Positions 1-10,828 of a DNA stretch of 64,000 nt are shown here, piece by piece (within the stretch, counting starts at the first letter, position 1; every line of letters begins with the position of its first letter). The notes under the pieces were generated by a model. That model ran no database searches. It had not been told where the DNA came from and saw nothing but the letters and a program-made list of their open reading frames with translations. The stretch spans positions 1,201,085-1,265,084 of the forward strand of contig OY764083.1 of assembly GCA_963668095.1 (NCBI GenBank), given 5' to 3'. The position numbers and the translations under genes were made by a program. The DNA is from Acidobacteriota bacterium. Lineage in GTDB: Bacteria > Acidobacteriota > UBA6911 > RPQK01 > JAJDTT01.

Positions 1-1073
1 GCAGCGGCAATGGGCGGTCCCTGGCGGTCAACGCCCACACCGACACCGTCCCCACCGGCCCCCATGAGGAGTGGCGTTGGGGAGATCCGTTCAGCGCGCG
101 TCTCGAAGAGGGAAAGCTCTGGGGCCGCGGCTCCACCGATGACAAGGGTCCCCTGGCTTGCATGATCAAAGCGGTAGAGGTCATCCAGCGGGCCGGTTTT
201 CGTCTCCAGGGCGAGTTGCAACTTCACGCCACGGTGGGCGAAGAGACCATGGACGGGAAAACGCACGGCCCCGGATATTTCCTTCCCCGGAACCCCCGCT
301 GCGTCACCGACGCCTGTCTCGTCTGCGAGTCGTCGGCGCCGCCTCATCGCCACGGCATCTGTCTGGCCTCGGGCGGGGCGTCCTGGCTGCACATCGAGGT
401 CACGGGCAAGCCGGTTCATGCCGCCATGGGTTACCGCACCTACCGCATGGGCTACGAAGGGGGAGACGTGGGCATGGACGCCATCGGCAAGGCCCTGAAG
501 ATCTACCGGGGACTGGCCGAGCTGGACGAAGAGTGGGCTGCCAGCAAGCTCGACCCGCAGGGCCTCACACCCATGGGGTATCCATCCATCATTACGGCCT
601 GGATCCACGGCCATCCGAAGGGGATCGAGATCCCGTTCTTCGTGGCGGATCACTGCGAGTTGGGAGCGGCCGTCTGGCGGGACCCGCAGGACAGTTATGA
701 GCGCGTCCGGAAAGAGGTCGACGACCGGATTCAGAACATCTGCCGGATGGATCCCTGGCTCCGGGAGCATCCTCCCGACGTCCAATGGCGTCTGGACTGG
801 CCGCCCTTTCGGATCGAACGGGACCACCCGCTGGTCACCGCCGCCGGCCAGGCCTACGAAACGGTGTTGAGGCAGGAACCGCGCTACATGACCTGGCAAC
901 CGGTGAGCGACGCGCGTTTCTACCAGGAATGCGGGGTGCCCTCACTGCTCATGGGGCCGGGAGACTACCGGCGGGCCCACTGCTACGACGAGTACCTGGA
1001 GCTGGACCAGATCGTGGAAGGACTCACGATTTACGCACTGACCATCCTGGAGTGGTGCGGATACGACGGGTAG
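1..1073 (+). CDS. M20 family metallopeptidase (ArgE/DapE/acetylornithine deacetylase-like), 5' partial
   Basis: Frame-3 translation from position 3 reads ...GKLWGRGSTDDKGPLACMIKA..., the GxGxxDxKG motif of M20 peptidases. The ORF runs off the window start; stop at 1071-1073. Confidence 0.75.
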   Translation, partial: SGNGRSLAVNAHTDTVPTGPHEEWRWGDPFSARLEEGKLWGRGSTDDKGPLACMIKAVEVIQRAGFRLQGELQLHATVGEETMDGKTHGPGYFLPRNPRCVTDACLVCESSAPPHRHGICLASGGASWLHIEVTGKPVHAAMGYRTYRMGYEGGDVGMDAIGKALKIYRGLAELDEEWAASKLDPQGLTPMGYPSIITAWIHGHPKGIEIPFFVADHCELGAAVWRDPQDSYERVRKEVDDRIQNICRMDPWLREHPPDVQWRLDWPPFRIERDHPLVTAAGQAYETVLRQEPRYMTWQPVSDARFYQECGVPSLLMGPGDYRRAHCYDEYLELDQIVEGLTIYALTILEWCGYDG

Positions 1074-1074
1074 A

Positions 1075-2658
1075 GTGCTGTCCCAAGCTGTTGACGGTCC
1101 CATGCCTGAGATCTCGGAAATCGACTACAAGCTGGGTCAGGACAACGTCCGGTTCCTCGGCCTCGACATCCACAATCCGGTCTTCGTCGTCTCCAGCCTC
1201 ACCATCATTGCATTCGTCGCCGGAGTGCTGGCCTTCCAGGCCGAGGCGGCGGTCGCCTTCGAGGCGCTGCGCGCGTGGCTCATTTCGACCTTCGACTGGG
1301 TGTTGATGGGCACTGGCAACCTCTTCGTGCTCTTCTGCCTGCTATTGCTGGTGACCCCGCCTGGCCGCGTGCGCCTGGGCGGCGCGGATGCCCGGCCGGA
1401 CTACTCCCGAACGGCCTGGTTCGCCATGCTGTTCGCCGCCGGAACGGGCATCGGCCTGATGTTCTTCGGGGTGGCAGAACCGGTGGAGCATTTCCTGCAA
1501 CCTCCGCTCGGCCTCGATGCGGGCGACACGGCGGCGGCGGCGCGCCTCGGCATGGCCAGCGCCATCTACCACTGGGGAGTCCATGGATGGGCCATGTACG
1601 CGGTAGTGGCGGTGGCGATCGCCTTCGCGTCGTATAACCTCGGCCTTCCGATGGCGCTGCGGTCGGCGTTCTATCCGCTCATGGGGGAGGCTGTGTGGGG
1701 CCGGTTCGGCCACGGCCTCGACACCCTTGCCGTCTTCGCCACGCTCTTTGGGCTGGCCACATCGCTCGGCCTGGGCGCAGAGCAGTTGTCGGCTGGTCTG
1801 GCCCACCTGTGGGGCACGCCGGCGACCGACACCACCCAGGTGCTCCTGATCATCGGAATCACCGGTATCGCGTTGGCGTCGGTGATCAGCGGCATGGAGA
1901 AGGGGGTCAAGCGTCTGAGCGAGGCCAACCTGCTGCTCGCCCTGTTGCTGCTGGTGTTCGTGCTGACGGTTGGCCCGACGCGCGCCATCGCCACTGGCGC
2001 CGTCACCAGCCTCGGCCAGTATCTCGCGTCGATCGGACCGCTCAGCAACTGGGTGGGCCGCGAGGATCTCGACTTCATGCACGGCTGGACAACCTTCTTC
2101 TGGGCCTGGTGGCTCTCGTGGTCTCCCTTCGTCGGCCTCTTCATCGCCCGGGTCTCGCGTGGCCGGACGGTGCGCGAACTGGTCGCCTGCATGCTGGTCA
2201 TTCCGACGCTGACCGCTACGATCTGGATGAATGCCTTCGGCGGAACTGCGCTGTCGCAGTATGTCGACCGCGGCCATCCCGACGTGATCGCGGCAGTACA
2301 GGCGCAGCAGCCGGAGATGGCGCTGTTCGCATTGCTGGAGACGCTGCCATTTGCGACCGTCACGTCGTTCATCGGCCTCGTGCTGGTGGCGGTGTTCTTT
2401 GTCACCTCCTCCGACTCCGGGTCACTGGTCATCGACACCATCACCGCCGGCGGCAAGCTGGACGCTCCGGTTGTCCAGCGCGTGTTCTGGTGCGTCTTCG
2501 AGGGGCTGATCGCCATCGCGCTCCTGCTCGGCGGCGGTCTTGTGGCCGCGCAGGCGGCCACGCTCGCCACCGCCCTCCCATTCGCACTGGTGCTGGTCGC
2601 CATGTGCTACAGCGCCTGGAAAGGCCTGCGCGCGAGCACGGCGGGCGGAGTCCGTTAA
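1075..2658 (+). CDS. BCCT family betaine/carnitine/choline transporter
   Basis: BCCT signature WTTFFWAWWLSWSPFVGLFIARVSRGRTVRE and about 12 hydrophobic segments. GTG start sits 1 nt after the upstream stop. Confidence 0.85.
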   Translation: MLSQAVDGPMPEISEIDYKLGQDNVRFLGLDIHNPVFVVSSLTIIAFVAGVLAFQAEAAVAFEALRAWLISTFDWVLMGTGNLFVLFCLLLLVTPPGRVRLGGADARPDYSRTAWFAMLFAAGTGIGLMFFGVAEPVEHFLQPPLGLDAGDTAAAARLGMASAIYHWGVHGWAMYAVVAVAIAFASYNLGLPMALRSAFYPLMGEAVWGRFGHGLDTLAVFATLFGLATSLGLGAEQLSAGLAHLWGTPATDTTQVLLIIGITGIALASVISGMEKGVKRLSEANLLLALLLLVFVLTVGPTRAIATGAVTSLGQYLASIGPLSNWVGREDLDFMHGWTTFFWAWWLSWSPFVGLFIARVSRGRTVRELVACMLVIPTLTATIWMNAFGGTALSQYVDRGHPDVIAAVQAQQPEMALFALLETLPFATVTSFIGLVLVAVFFVTSSDSGSLVIDTITAGGKLDAPVVQRVFWCVFEGLIAIALLLGGGLVAAQAATLATALPFALVLVAMCYSAWKGLRASTAGGVR

Positions 2659-2812
2659 ACCGGAGCTGGTTCAGATGGTGGATGGAGTCACGATCTGCGC
2701 ACCAACCGACCTGGATTGGTGCGGATTCGACAGATAGGCAAACCTCCGCAGCACGAGCCGCCGCGGGTTGTCCGGCGTCAGATTTGCTCTCGCCCGGTCG
2801 ATTCCGGCCGAA

Positions 2813-4273
2813 CTATCCCCACAGATCCAGCAACGGGGTTCCCTTCACCAACTCACGAGGCTGTTCCAGGTGGTTGAGGACCTCCATGTGCGGATCGATG
2901 CCTAAGCTGAAGTAGACGGATGCCAGCAGATCGTTGGGATGCACCGGCTTCTCCCTGGGTGAGGACCCGGTCTCGTCCGACTCTCCGTAGAGCGCACCGC
3001 GAGCGACGCCCGCACCCGCCACCAGGGCCGTGTAGCAATAGGGCCAGTGGTCGCGGCCGTCGGGAGCGTTGGTGTTCCCCGAGGTGCTCACGCCCAGGCG
3101 CGGCGACCGGCCGAACTCTCCCACCGTCACCACCAAGGTTTCCTCCAACAGTCCCCGGTCGTCCATGTCCTCCAGGAGCGCGGAGAGCGCCTGATCCAGG
3201 ACCGGACAATGCAGGTTCTTGAGGGGACCGAAGTTGGCGGCGTGCGTGTCCCAGGCCGTAGTTTCCGGGTTCCCGTTGGCCACGGACGGCCAGTTGAGCT
3301 GCACGAAACGGGTTCCGGCCTCCACCAGACGCCGGGCCATGAGAGCCCCTTGGCCGAAGGTCGTCCGCCCGTAGCGCTCCCGGACGGCAACCGGCTCTTG
3401 CTCCAGGTCGAAGGCGCCCCGGGCCTTGCCCGAGAGGACCAAGTCGTAGGCCCGCTCGTAGTACTCGTCGAGTGCGTACTGGCCCACGGCCTTCTCCAGG
3501 TCGGGCATGGACTTGTTGATCCCCTTCAACAGGGTGAAACGATCCTTCAACCGCTGGGGCGGGACTTCCTGCCGCAGCGACAGATCGTCGAGGCGGATCG
3601 GCTTGTTGGGATCCTGGTAGAGCCGGTAGGGATCGTAGGCCTTGCCCAGGAACCCGGCGGCTCCTCCCTTGCCCACCACGTTGGATTCCTGCAACGGACG
3701 CGGCATCTCCACGAAGGGCAGTACCGGTTCATCCAGCGGAAGCATCTTGGAGATGTGAGATCCCGCGGTCGGAAAATCGGCGGGGGAGGGCGGCTCCAAC
3801 TGGCCCGACGGCGAGACCCGATCAGGAGGATATCCGGTCAGCATCTGATAAATGGCCGCCGTGTGGTTGAACAGCCCCTTGGGCGTGTAGCTCATGGAGC
3901 GGATCAAGGTGCACTTGTCCACCTGCTGGGCCAGCTTGGGCATGGTTTCGCTGAGCCAGATTCCGGGGACCTTGCTCTTGATGGGCTTGAATTCGCCCCG
4001 AATGTTGGCCGGAGCGTCCGGCTTGGGATCCCAGATGTCGATGTGGCTGGGTCCGCCCTGGAGAAAAAGGAGGATCACGCTCTTGGCGGAGCCGAAGCCT
4101 TTGCTGGCCACCAGGTCGCCGGCGACCGCCGGCGTGGAGGCGGCTTGGGCGGCCTGCCAGGAGAGGAAATTGGGAAGGCCGAGACCGAAAAGGCCGATGG
4201 AGCCGACCCGCAAGAATTCCCGGCGCGTCGGACCGTCACAAAGAAATGCGCGATGACCTGGTACGACTAGCAT
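2813..4273 (-). CDS. DUF1501 domain protein (sulfatase-like fold, TAT-secreted)
   Basis: N-terminal twin-arginine motif [15 protein letters not shown] followed by [16 protein letters not shown], characteristic of DUF1501. It is paired with the upstream DUF1553 gene. Confidence 0.85.
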   Translation of the reverse strand: MLVVPGHRAFLCDGPTRREFLRVGSIGLFGLGLPNFLSWQAAQAASTPAVAGDLVASKGFGSAKSVILLFLQGGPSHIDIWDPKPDAPANIRGEFKPIKSKVPGIWLSETMPKLAQQVDKCTLIRSMSYTPKGLFNHTAAIYQMLTGYPPDRVSPSGQLEPPSPADFPTAGSHISKMLPLDEPVLPFVEMPRPLQESNVVGKGGAAGFLGKAYDPYRLYQDPNKPIRLDDLSLRQEVPPQRLKDRFTLLKGINKSMPDLEKAVGQYALDEYYERAYDLVLSGKARGAFDLEQEPVAVRERYGRTTFGQGALMARRLVEAGTRFVQLNWPSVANGNPETTAWDTHAANFGPLKNLHCPVLDQALSALLEDMDDRGLLEETLVVTVGEFGRSPRLGVSTSGNTNAPDGRDHWPYCYTALVAGAGVARGALYGESDETGSSPREKPVHPNDLLASVYFSLGIDPHMEVLNHLEQPRELVKGTPLLDLWG

Positions 4274-4382
4274 TCGATACCTCCGTGTTCAATAAAACCC
4301 GCTGGCACGACCGGTAGGGAGCCGGCCGTTGCGCTCCATTTTCTATTTTCGGCCCCCATCTTGCAACCTCACGCCGGTCCAC

Positions 4383-6899
4383 TCACCGATTGAAAAGAAA
4401 GGCGTTGCTGTTCAGCAGGGCCCAGAGCAGATCCTGGGCCGTCCCGGCCCGGCTGTCCCGCTCTTCGAACAGACGCGCAGCCGAGGCGTATTCGGGAGCC
4501 GTGGGCGGCCGGCTCAGGGTGGACAGGTAGAGATCCTCGATCAGTTCGCGGTCCGAGGCGCCTTTCAGAATCAGGGATGCGACCCGCCCCTCGGGGTTCG
4601 CCACGGCGCTACCCACAGTAGGACCGTTGACCAAATTCAACGCCTGGGAAAGGCTCATGTCGCTCTTGCGCTCGCACTCGCAGGGCTCGTCCCGCTGAGG
4701 CCGCCCGAAGAGGTCCAGAAACTCGCCGTTCTCCACGTGTGGATCGGGCAACTGCGCCGCGCGCGAGTCGTCGGGAACCGTTTCGAACTCGACCCGCGAG
4801 CCGGTCGCCGCGGAGATGGCGTCGGCCAGTTGCTCAGCGCTCAGGCGCCGCGGAATCCGGCGGGAGAAGTTGATGCCGTCGTTCTCATTCCAGGAGTTGG
4901 TCTGGATCGACGCCTGGTAGGTCCGGGACTCGACAATGGTCCGCATGAGATGTTGAAGATCGTAGTCGTGTTCCTTCAGATCCTGCGCCAAGGCATCCAA
5001 CAGGGGAGCGTTGACCGCCGGATTGGAGGCCCGGATGTCATCCACCGGTTCGATGATGCCCCGGCCGAAAAAATAGCTCCAGACACGGTTGGCCACCGCC
5101 CGCGCGAAGAAGGGGTTCTCCTTGGAGGTCAACCACTCCACCAGGGCCGGACGCTGGTCTCCCGCACCCTTGAGCGCGGGCGCTCCGTCGACGGGAACCA
5201 GATACTCGGGCTCCACGACGCTCCCATCCTTGGGATGTTTGAGCTCGGCGTCCTTGCGTTTCTCGTAGACGATCTCTTCTCCGCTCTTGAACCCGGGCCG
5301 GATTCCGATGGCGGAAAAGAAGGCCGCCATCTGAAAGTACTGGTCCTGGGTCCATCTCTCGAAGGGATGGTCGTGACACTGGGCGCAGACCATGCGGACT
5401 CCCAGGAACAACTGGGTGGTGGTCTCCATGGCATCCTGGGGAGTCCTCGCAACACGGAAGTAGTTGACGGCGGGGTTCTCTCCCGTGCTCCCCTTGGAGG
5501 CCAGCAGTTCCCGGACCAGCTCGTCATAGGGCTTGTTCTCGGCCACCGACTGCCGGATCCACTCCTGAAAGGACCAGATGCCCTTGTGCCCCAGGAACTT
5601 CCGGTTGTTGCGCAGGAGATCGCCCCACTTCAGGGTCCAGTGGTCGACATAGGCGTCACTGCCCAGAAGCCGGCCGATGGCTCGGGTGCGCTTCTCCTGC
5701 CTGTCGGCCGGATCCTCCAGGAAGGTCCGCACTTCCTCGGGCCGGGGCAGTCGCCCCGTCAGGTCCAATGTGACACGGCGAAGGAAATCGCTGTCCGACG
5801 CCGGGTGCGAAGGTTGCACCCGGATCCGCTCCAGTTTCCCGTCCACCAGGCGGTCGATGTAGTTGTATTGAGGCAGCGGTCGCCACTCGAAACCGGAACC
5901 GGGATTCAGAACAGTGACCGGGACCGTCACGAACGTTCCTTCGTAGCGGACCAGCAGGGCCCCCTCTCCGACCCGCTCGCCCTCCACCACCGCTCCCTCC
6001 GTCACCGCGATGGCCTCGGTGTTGCTGCTGCCCAGATGGGCCTCCCGGGTGACGTCCCGGAGGCTGCCGTCCACATATTCGGCCAGAACCACGACGCTCT
6101 GTTTCTGGCCGGGTGCGGTCAGGAAGACCTCCTCCGGCAGGACCTCCAGCCGCCGTACACGATCCGTCGACTCTTCGCCGAAGGGCACTCCATCGGTGAT
6201 CCACTGGAGGAGGGTGTCGTAGTAGGCGGAGTCCGGTTGCAGCATCAGGCCGCCCCCATGGGCGACCTGCTGGGTGGGCTTGGCCAGCATCAGGCTGCTG
6301 GCCGGATCGGCGCGATTGAATCGGCGGCCCGACATGTCGTAGAGGAGCGACTGGTAATCGAAGTGGGGATCGTAGCCCCGCAACGAGAGCTTGAAGCCGT
6401 TCTTCCCCTTGGCCGCACCGTGGCAGACGCCCTGAGTGCACCCCACCTTGTTGATGACCGGCAGAACGTCCTTCAGGAAAGTCGTCGGTTGTTCCCGGGC
6501 CGGTTCGATCCGAACCGGCAGATCCACACTGAGAACTCCAGCCGTGACCCGAAGCATCGTTTCCCCCGAATCCTTCGGGTGAAGGAAGCCTTGACCCTCA
6601 ACCTCCACCAAACCGGCCGGGTCATCGTAGCGGGCCTCTGCCGTCAGGTCCCGTTTTTCGCCCGTTTCCATGATCCCCGTAACCAGAATCCGTCTGGCGG
6701 AATCCGGCCCGGAAAAGACCAGGGGAGAGGGCTCGACCCGAATCTCCCGGAACGCTTGACCGGCCGCCGCAGGAGTTCCAGCACCGGGCACCGTGGCCGC
6801 CATCATGGCCCAGAGCACCCCGGCGAACGCGGCTCTCATCGGGATCAACTGCATCGATACGCGCATCGTGACCATAGACGCCCCCGATCCATTCCTCAT
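4383..6899 (-). CDS. DUF1549/DUF1553 (PSD1) domain protein with N-terminal Big-like domain
   Basis: CAQCHDHPFERWTQDQYFQMAAFF (DUF1553) and LLQWITDGVPFG (DUF1549) motifs. Signal peptide MRAAFAGVLWAMMAATVPGAG suggests the true start may be near 6839; the ORF start at 6899 overlaps the upstream stop by 4 nt. Confidence 0.85.
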   Translation of the reverse strand: MRNGSGASMVTMRVSMQLIPMRAAFAGVLWAMMAATVPGAGTPAAAGQAFREIRVEPSPLVFSGPDSARRILVTGIMETGEKRDLTAEARYDDPAGLVEVEGQGFLHPKDSGETMLRVTAGVLSVDLPVRIEPAREQPTTFLKDVLPVINKVGCTQGVCHGAAKGKNGFKLSLRGYDPHFDYQSLLYDMSGRRFNRADPASSLMLAKPTQQVAHGGGLMLQPDSAYYDTLLQWITDGVPFGEESTDRVRRLEVLPEEVFLTAPGQKQSVVVLAEYVDGSLRDVTREAHLGSSNTEAIAVTEGAVVEGERVGEGALLVRYEGTFVTVPVTVLNPGSGFEWRPLPQYNYIDRLVDGKLERIRVQPSHPASDSDFLRRVTLDLTGRLPRPEEVRTFLEDPADRQEKRTRAIGRLLGSDAYVDHWTLKWGDLLRNNRKFLGHKGIWSFQEWIRQSVAENKPYDELVRELLASKGSTGENPAVNYFRVARTPQDAMETTTQLFLGVRMVCAQCHDHPFERWTQDQYFQMAAFFSAIGIRPGFKSGEEIVYEKRKDAELKHPKDGSVVEPEYLVPVDGAPALKGAGDQRPALVEWLTSKENPFFARAVANRVWSYFFGRGIIEPVDDIRASNPAVNAPLLDALAQDLKEHDYDLQHLMRTIVESRTYQASIQTNSWNENDGINFSRRIPRRLSAEQLADAISAATGSRVEFETVPDDSRAAQLPDPHVENGEFLDLFGRPQRDEPCECERKSDMSLSQALNLVNGPTVGSAVANPEGRVASLILKGASDRELIEDLYLSTLSRPPTAPEYASAARLFEERDSRAGTAQDLLWALLNSNAFLFNR

Positions 6900-9328
6900 T
6901 CCTTCGTCCGGAGAGATGCCACGCCCGTATCGTCCTCCTGCGGCACCTGGGCGGCGACGACCAGACGGGTGGCCACCGACGGAATTCGATAGGGAACCTG
7001 CGTTTCCGTCCGGGTGGCCAGAGTCGAGGACGAGGACAACTCCATGGCGTACTCACCCGGCTGAACCGATTCCCCGGCGGTGCAGGGGATCTGAAACTCC
7101 TCCTGATCCAGGCCCACCTGAACCGGCTCGCAAAGAACGCCGTTGGGGAAATTCTCGGGTTGAACGTTTACCGGCCGGTCGAATAGTGGATCGCGTTCGA
7201 CCCGGCCCCGCAAATGCCCGCTCCCCCCCGCCTGGAGCGTCAGACCTGTTTCCTCCACGCGGATGTGGTAGCCCTGCACCACGTCGAAGGTCAGGGCGCG
7301 GCTCCGGATCGTCTGCTTCCGTCCCCGGACCTCCACTTCCCCCTCCGCCAGAAAGTTGAACTTTCCATGGACCGTGCCCATTGTGGTGGCCACCACAATG
7401 GCGCCGGTGCCCGGTTCATCCTCCCCCTTCACGGCCCGAATCCGCAGTTCGCGGGTGATTGCCCTATTGGTCTTGAGCGTCCCCGGCAGAGTCACCGCGG
7501 GATCCGCGGCCACCATGCGCCAGGTCACGCGCTGGTCCATGCCCGGCAGCAGGCGCTCCGAAGTCACTCCGGCCAATTCCAGGCGACCGGGGACCTCCGG
7601 GCTCACGTTCACCGGCACTCCAAGACCCAGCCAAGGAGCCGTAAAAGGTTCTTCACGCATCCGCATGGAGGGTTCCGGCAAACCCGTTCCGGGCTTCACC
7701 GAGGTGATCAGGCCCGGCGCCCGGGCCCAACGTTCGATCCGGGTGCCGTCGGGCAAGACGGCCGTTCCCCGGACCGAGATCCGGCGTACTCCCAGGGAGG
7801 CTCCGCTCTTGGCCGTGACGGTCAGAATCCCGGGAGCGGAGCGGAAGGGACTCTCGGGAGCCACCAATTCGGGAGGCACCTCACCCCCCTCCACCAGCAG
7901 ATCGTCTCCCGCATCCGGGATCTCCAAACGGACGGCGCCGGCATACCCCCGTCGATCGATCCTGGCTTCGATCCATGCGGTTCCATTTCGAGGCACGTTC
8001 AGGTACGGAGTCGACACGGAGACGGTGAAATCGGCGGCACCCTTCCAGGCCGAAAGCCGGTAGGCGTAATCCGGCCCGCCACGGCCCACCAGGTCTTCCA
8101 CGGTGAGGATCACCTCTCGCGCCCCATCGGGGACCTTGAAATTCAGATGGGGGTCGCGGCTGACGGTGCCGTGAGTCCGGAACGAGTCGTTCCTCAAGGG
8201 GACCTGATCGCCTCCCGAGGCCAGGAGTTTCCCCTGGGAATCCAGGACCGAAATCCGGCCGAAGAGACGCGTCGTGCCCAATCGAGACCCGGCCAGGTGA
8301 ACCGACCATTCCTCTCCCGGTGCAACTTGGAGCCGGTAGCGATCCACTTCACCGGGCGCCGAGATCCGTCCGTTGACCACCGTGGAGGGCTCCAGCACTC
8401 CCAAAGGCTGGTCTTCCGGCTCCAGCCGCTCGGGAAGATCGCCCACCACGAAGGGCAGCGGAAGCGCGCCCGGCGATCCGGGGGCCTGCAGCATCACGAA
8501 TTCCCGGTCCACGCCCGACAGGTCCAAAGAAATCTCCCGGGCACCGGCGGGGCTTCCACCGACCACTTGGACCTTGATTTCTTCGCCTCTTTGCCAACCC
8601 AGGGGGAACAACCCCTGGGCGTAGTCGAAGGCGCCGATCTTGAGCCGATAGAAATTCTGATCCTGGCGGCTGAACCGGGCGTCGTGGACCACCGCATAGT
8701 AGTCGCCTTCGGCCAGCGAAAGATCGAGGCGCGAATCGACGCCGATCCCGGGGGCGTCATCGTTTCTGGCGACCTGTTTTCCCTGGGAATCGAGGACCAG
8801 AAGCACGGGGTCCAGAGCCGAGGCGACCCGGCGGCCCTCCACCTCCAGCACGACCCTCTCCCCTTCCCGCGTCCGGAACCGATAGACGTCCCGGTCCGGT
8901 CCCTCCAAAGTCCCGTTCACCGTCACCGGGACCGGGACTGGCTGGCTTCCCGCAGGAGTGTCGTTGGATCCTTCCTTCTCTTCGTTGACTTCGGGAAACT
9001 CACCCACGGAGAAGAGCAGAAGGTTGGAAATCCCCTGGTCGCTGTGGACGCGAATAGAGTAGAGGCCGGGGGCCGCGTCCTTCCGGACCTCCACCAGAAA
9101 GGCCGCCGATTCCACGTCCTGGGCCGGGGCGTCCGGGGCCTGGGCTGCCAGCGGGGTGAAACTTGCCGGAAGCGAAGAGAGGATCTTCAGATTCCCGCCC
9201 AGACTCTTGCCCGATAGGGTCAGAGTCACGGCCGACCCCTTTCGGGCGCCCGGGGGATGCAGCTGTTCCAACAACGGGGCTTCAGCCACCAAAAAAGATC
9301 CACAGAGCAGGCACAGCAACGCCGTCAT
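6896..9328 (-). CDS. large secreted protein with repeated pre-peptidase C-terminal (PPC)-like domains
   Basis: Repeated segments of the form DVYRFRTREGERVVLEVEG...DPVLLVLDSQGKQVARNDD and DVDRYRLQVAPGEEWSVHLAG...ISVLDSQGKLLAS. The signal peptide MTALLCLLCGSFLVAEA supports a start near 9328 (ORF maximum 9388). Confidence 0.55.
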   Translation of the reverse strand: MTALLCLLCGSFLVAEAPLLEQLHPPGARKGSAVTLTLSGKSLGGNLKILSSLPASFTPLAAQAPDAPAQDVESAAFLVEVRKDAAPGLYSIRVHSDQGISNLLLFSVGEFPEVNEEKEGSNDTPAGSQPVPVPVTVNGTLEGPDRDVYRFRTREGERVVLEVEGRRVASALDPVLLVLDSQGKQVARNDDAPGIGVDSRLDLSLAEGDYYAVVHDARFSRQDQNFYRLKIGAFDYAQGLFPLGWQRGEEIKVQVVGGSPAGAREISLDLSGVDREFVMLQAPGSPGALPLPFVVGDLPERLEPEDQPLGVLEPSTVVNGRISAPGEVDRYRLQVAPGEEWSVHLAGSRLGTTRLFGRISVLDSQGKLLASGGDQVPLRNDSFRTHGTVSRDPHLNFKVPDGAREVILTVEDLVGRGGPDYAYRLSAWKGAADFTVSVSTPYLNVPRNGTAWIEARIDRRGYAGAVRLEIPDAGDDLLVEGGEVPPELVAPESPFRSAPGILTVTAKSGASLGVRRISVRGTAVLPDGTRIERWARAPGLITSVKPGTGLPEPSMRMREEPFTAPWLGLGVPVNVSPEVPGRLELAGVTSERLLPGMDQRVTWRMVAADPAVTLPGTLKTNRAITRELRIRAVKGEDEPGTGAIVVATTMGTVHGKFNFLAEGEVEVRGRKQTIRSRALTFDVVQGYHIRVEETGLTLQAGGSGHLRGRVERDPLFDRPVNVQPENFPNGVLCEPVQVGLDQEEFQIPCTAGESVQPGEYAMELSSSSTLATRTETQVPYRIPSVATRLVVAAQVPQEDDTGVASLRTKE

Positions 9329-9448
9329 TCCGTGGGTTCGGAGTCCTGCTCGATGGAAGGGACCAGATTCGTTCATGACTGCGTCCACGAAATTGGCGTA
9401 CCGTTGGTTTGCGCTCAGTCTACACCCGCCCAGTGTCAGAATCCCGGG

Positions 9449-10828
9449 CTACCGGGACGAGACCAGCGTCTCCTGAATCGGCACCGGGATGAACTCGGAT
9501 ACGGTCCGGCCCGAATCCAACTCGCAGATTCTCACGGTACCGTCAAAGCCACCCATGGCCAGCCGGTCGCCATCCGGATGAAAAGCCACGGCGTAAACCC
9601 CTTGGTGGCCGGCGTCGCAGACTCCCGAGTCCGCACCGCTCTCCACGTCGTACAGGGGCACCCGGCTCGAGGCGCCGGACACGGCCAGCGTCCTGCCGTC
9701 CGGACTGAAGGCCAGATCGAAAATCTCGCCGTCCTGCTTCTCCAACTCATGGAGCAGGTTCGTGTTGTCCGCGATCAACATCTTGGCGGCCTTGTCCACC
9801 CGGTAGAGAAAGGGCGTCCGATCCTCGCCGCCGATGGCGACGGTCTCACGGCTAGGATGCCGGGCAATGGCGGTCAACTCTCCCTTCAGGAGATTGACGT
9901 TCTCGATAAAGGCTCCGCTGGTGGCATCCACCAGCTTGGCCGCCCGGTCCCGGCCCACTGAAATGACACGCTTGCCGTCCACCCCGAAAACGGTGCCCAG
10001 GACCCAGTTCTCGTGATGACTCATCTTGAGCAATTCTTTGCCCGTGGCGATTTCCATGATCCGGACCGTGTGATCGGCGCAGCCGAAGGCCACCCGGGTC
10101 CCGTCTGGAGAAAGCGACGCCCCGAAGAGCGTGTCGTGGCAACTCCGCACAGCCCTCAAGAGGCTTCCGGAGTCCACGTCCCAGAATTGGACCTCTCCGA
10201 AGCTGGCCGGCCGCCCCCCGGCCGCCATGAGGGTCTTGCCGTCTGCGGTAAAACCCAGGGACTGAATCCGGTCGGCGGTCCCCACCAGCCGGACATCGGG
10301 TTCCGAGTCCGAATCCGTGTGCAGCAGCACTTCGCGGTAGCCGGAAACCGCCAGCGTGCCGCCATCTGGAGAGTAGGCCAACGCGGTGATGACGGGCGGC
10401 TGCCGGTACACGGGCGGCTTGCCGCCGGCCAGGCGGGTGGCCATCTCCGAGGAGTCGTCCCGGGCCCCCGACGCGATCCATTTCCGGAAGAGTTCGATAT
10501 CGGAAGCATCCAGGGGCGGCTGACCCAACGGCATCCGCGGTTCCCGGTCCCCGGTAAGGTGGTCCAGGAGGAGGCTCGTGTCCGGTGCTCCCGCGGCGAA
10601 GGTAGCTCCATGCTGACCGCCGGTCCGGAGATTCTCGATATTGGTGACGTCCAGTCCGCCCTGACGGCTGGAAGGCTGGTGACACCCCTGGCAACTGCGT
10701 TGAAGCAGAGGCTGGATGTCCTGAGAGTAGCTGACAGCCTCAGCCGGATTCTCCCCTGCTTCGGTCCCTCCGAAGAGGCCGGTTGCCGACAGGACAGCAA
10801 TACTCAGAAAGGCAGATAAAAGAGTCAT
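9449..10828 (-). CDS. Planctomycete-type cytochrome c (PSCyt1) domain + WD40 repeat protein
   Basis: LLQRSCQGCHQPSSRQGGLDV heme-binding CxxCH motif in a PSCyt1-like context, followed by multiple WD40-like repeats. Signal peptide MTLLSAFLSIAVLSATG puts the start near 10828 (ORF maximum 10936). Confidence 0.7.
   Translation of the reverse strand: MTLLSAFLSIAVLSATGLFGGTEAGENPAEAVSYSQDIQPLLQRSCQGCHQPSSRQGGLDVTNIENLRTGGQHGATFAAGAPDTSLLLDHLTGDREPRMPLGQPPLDASDIELFRKWIASGARDDSSEMATRLAGGKPPVYRQPPVITALAYSPDGGTLAVSGYREVLLHTDSDSEPDVRLVGTADRIQSLGFTADGKTLMAAGGRPASFGEVQFWDVDSGSLLRAVRSCHDTLFGASLSPDGTRVAFGCADHTVRIMEIATGKELLKMSHHENWVLGTVFGVDGKRVISVGRDRAAKLVDATSGAFIENVNLLKGELTAIARHPSRETVAIGGEDRTPFLYRVDKAAKMLIADNTNLLHELEKQDGEIFDLAFSPDGRTLAVSGASSRVPLYDVESGADSGVCDAGHQGVYAVAFHPDGDRLAMGGFDGTVRICELDSGRTVSEFIPVPIQETLVSSR

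Noticed and set aside
4329-6992. 887-aa ORF on + strand
   Set aside because: Fully antisense to the DUF1553/PSD1 gene, which has strong family motifs. The translation is Arg/Gly/Pro-rich low-complexity sequence typical of high-GC antisense frames.
7214-9217. 667-aa ORF on + strand
   Set aside because: Antisense to the PPC-domain gene. No signal peptide or motifs, GC-artefact composition.
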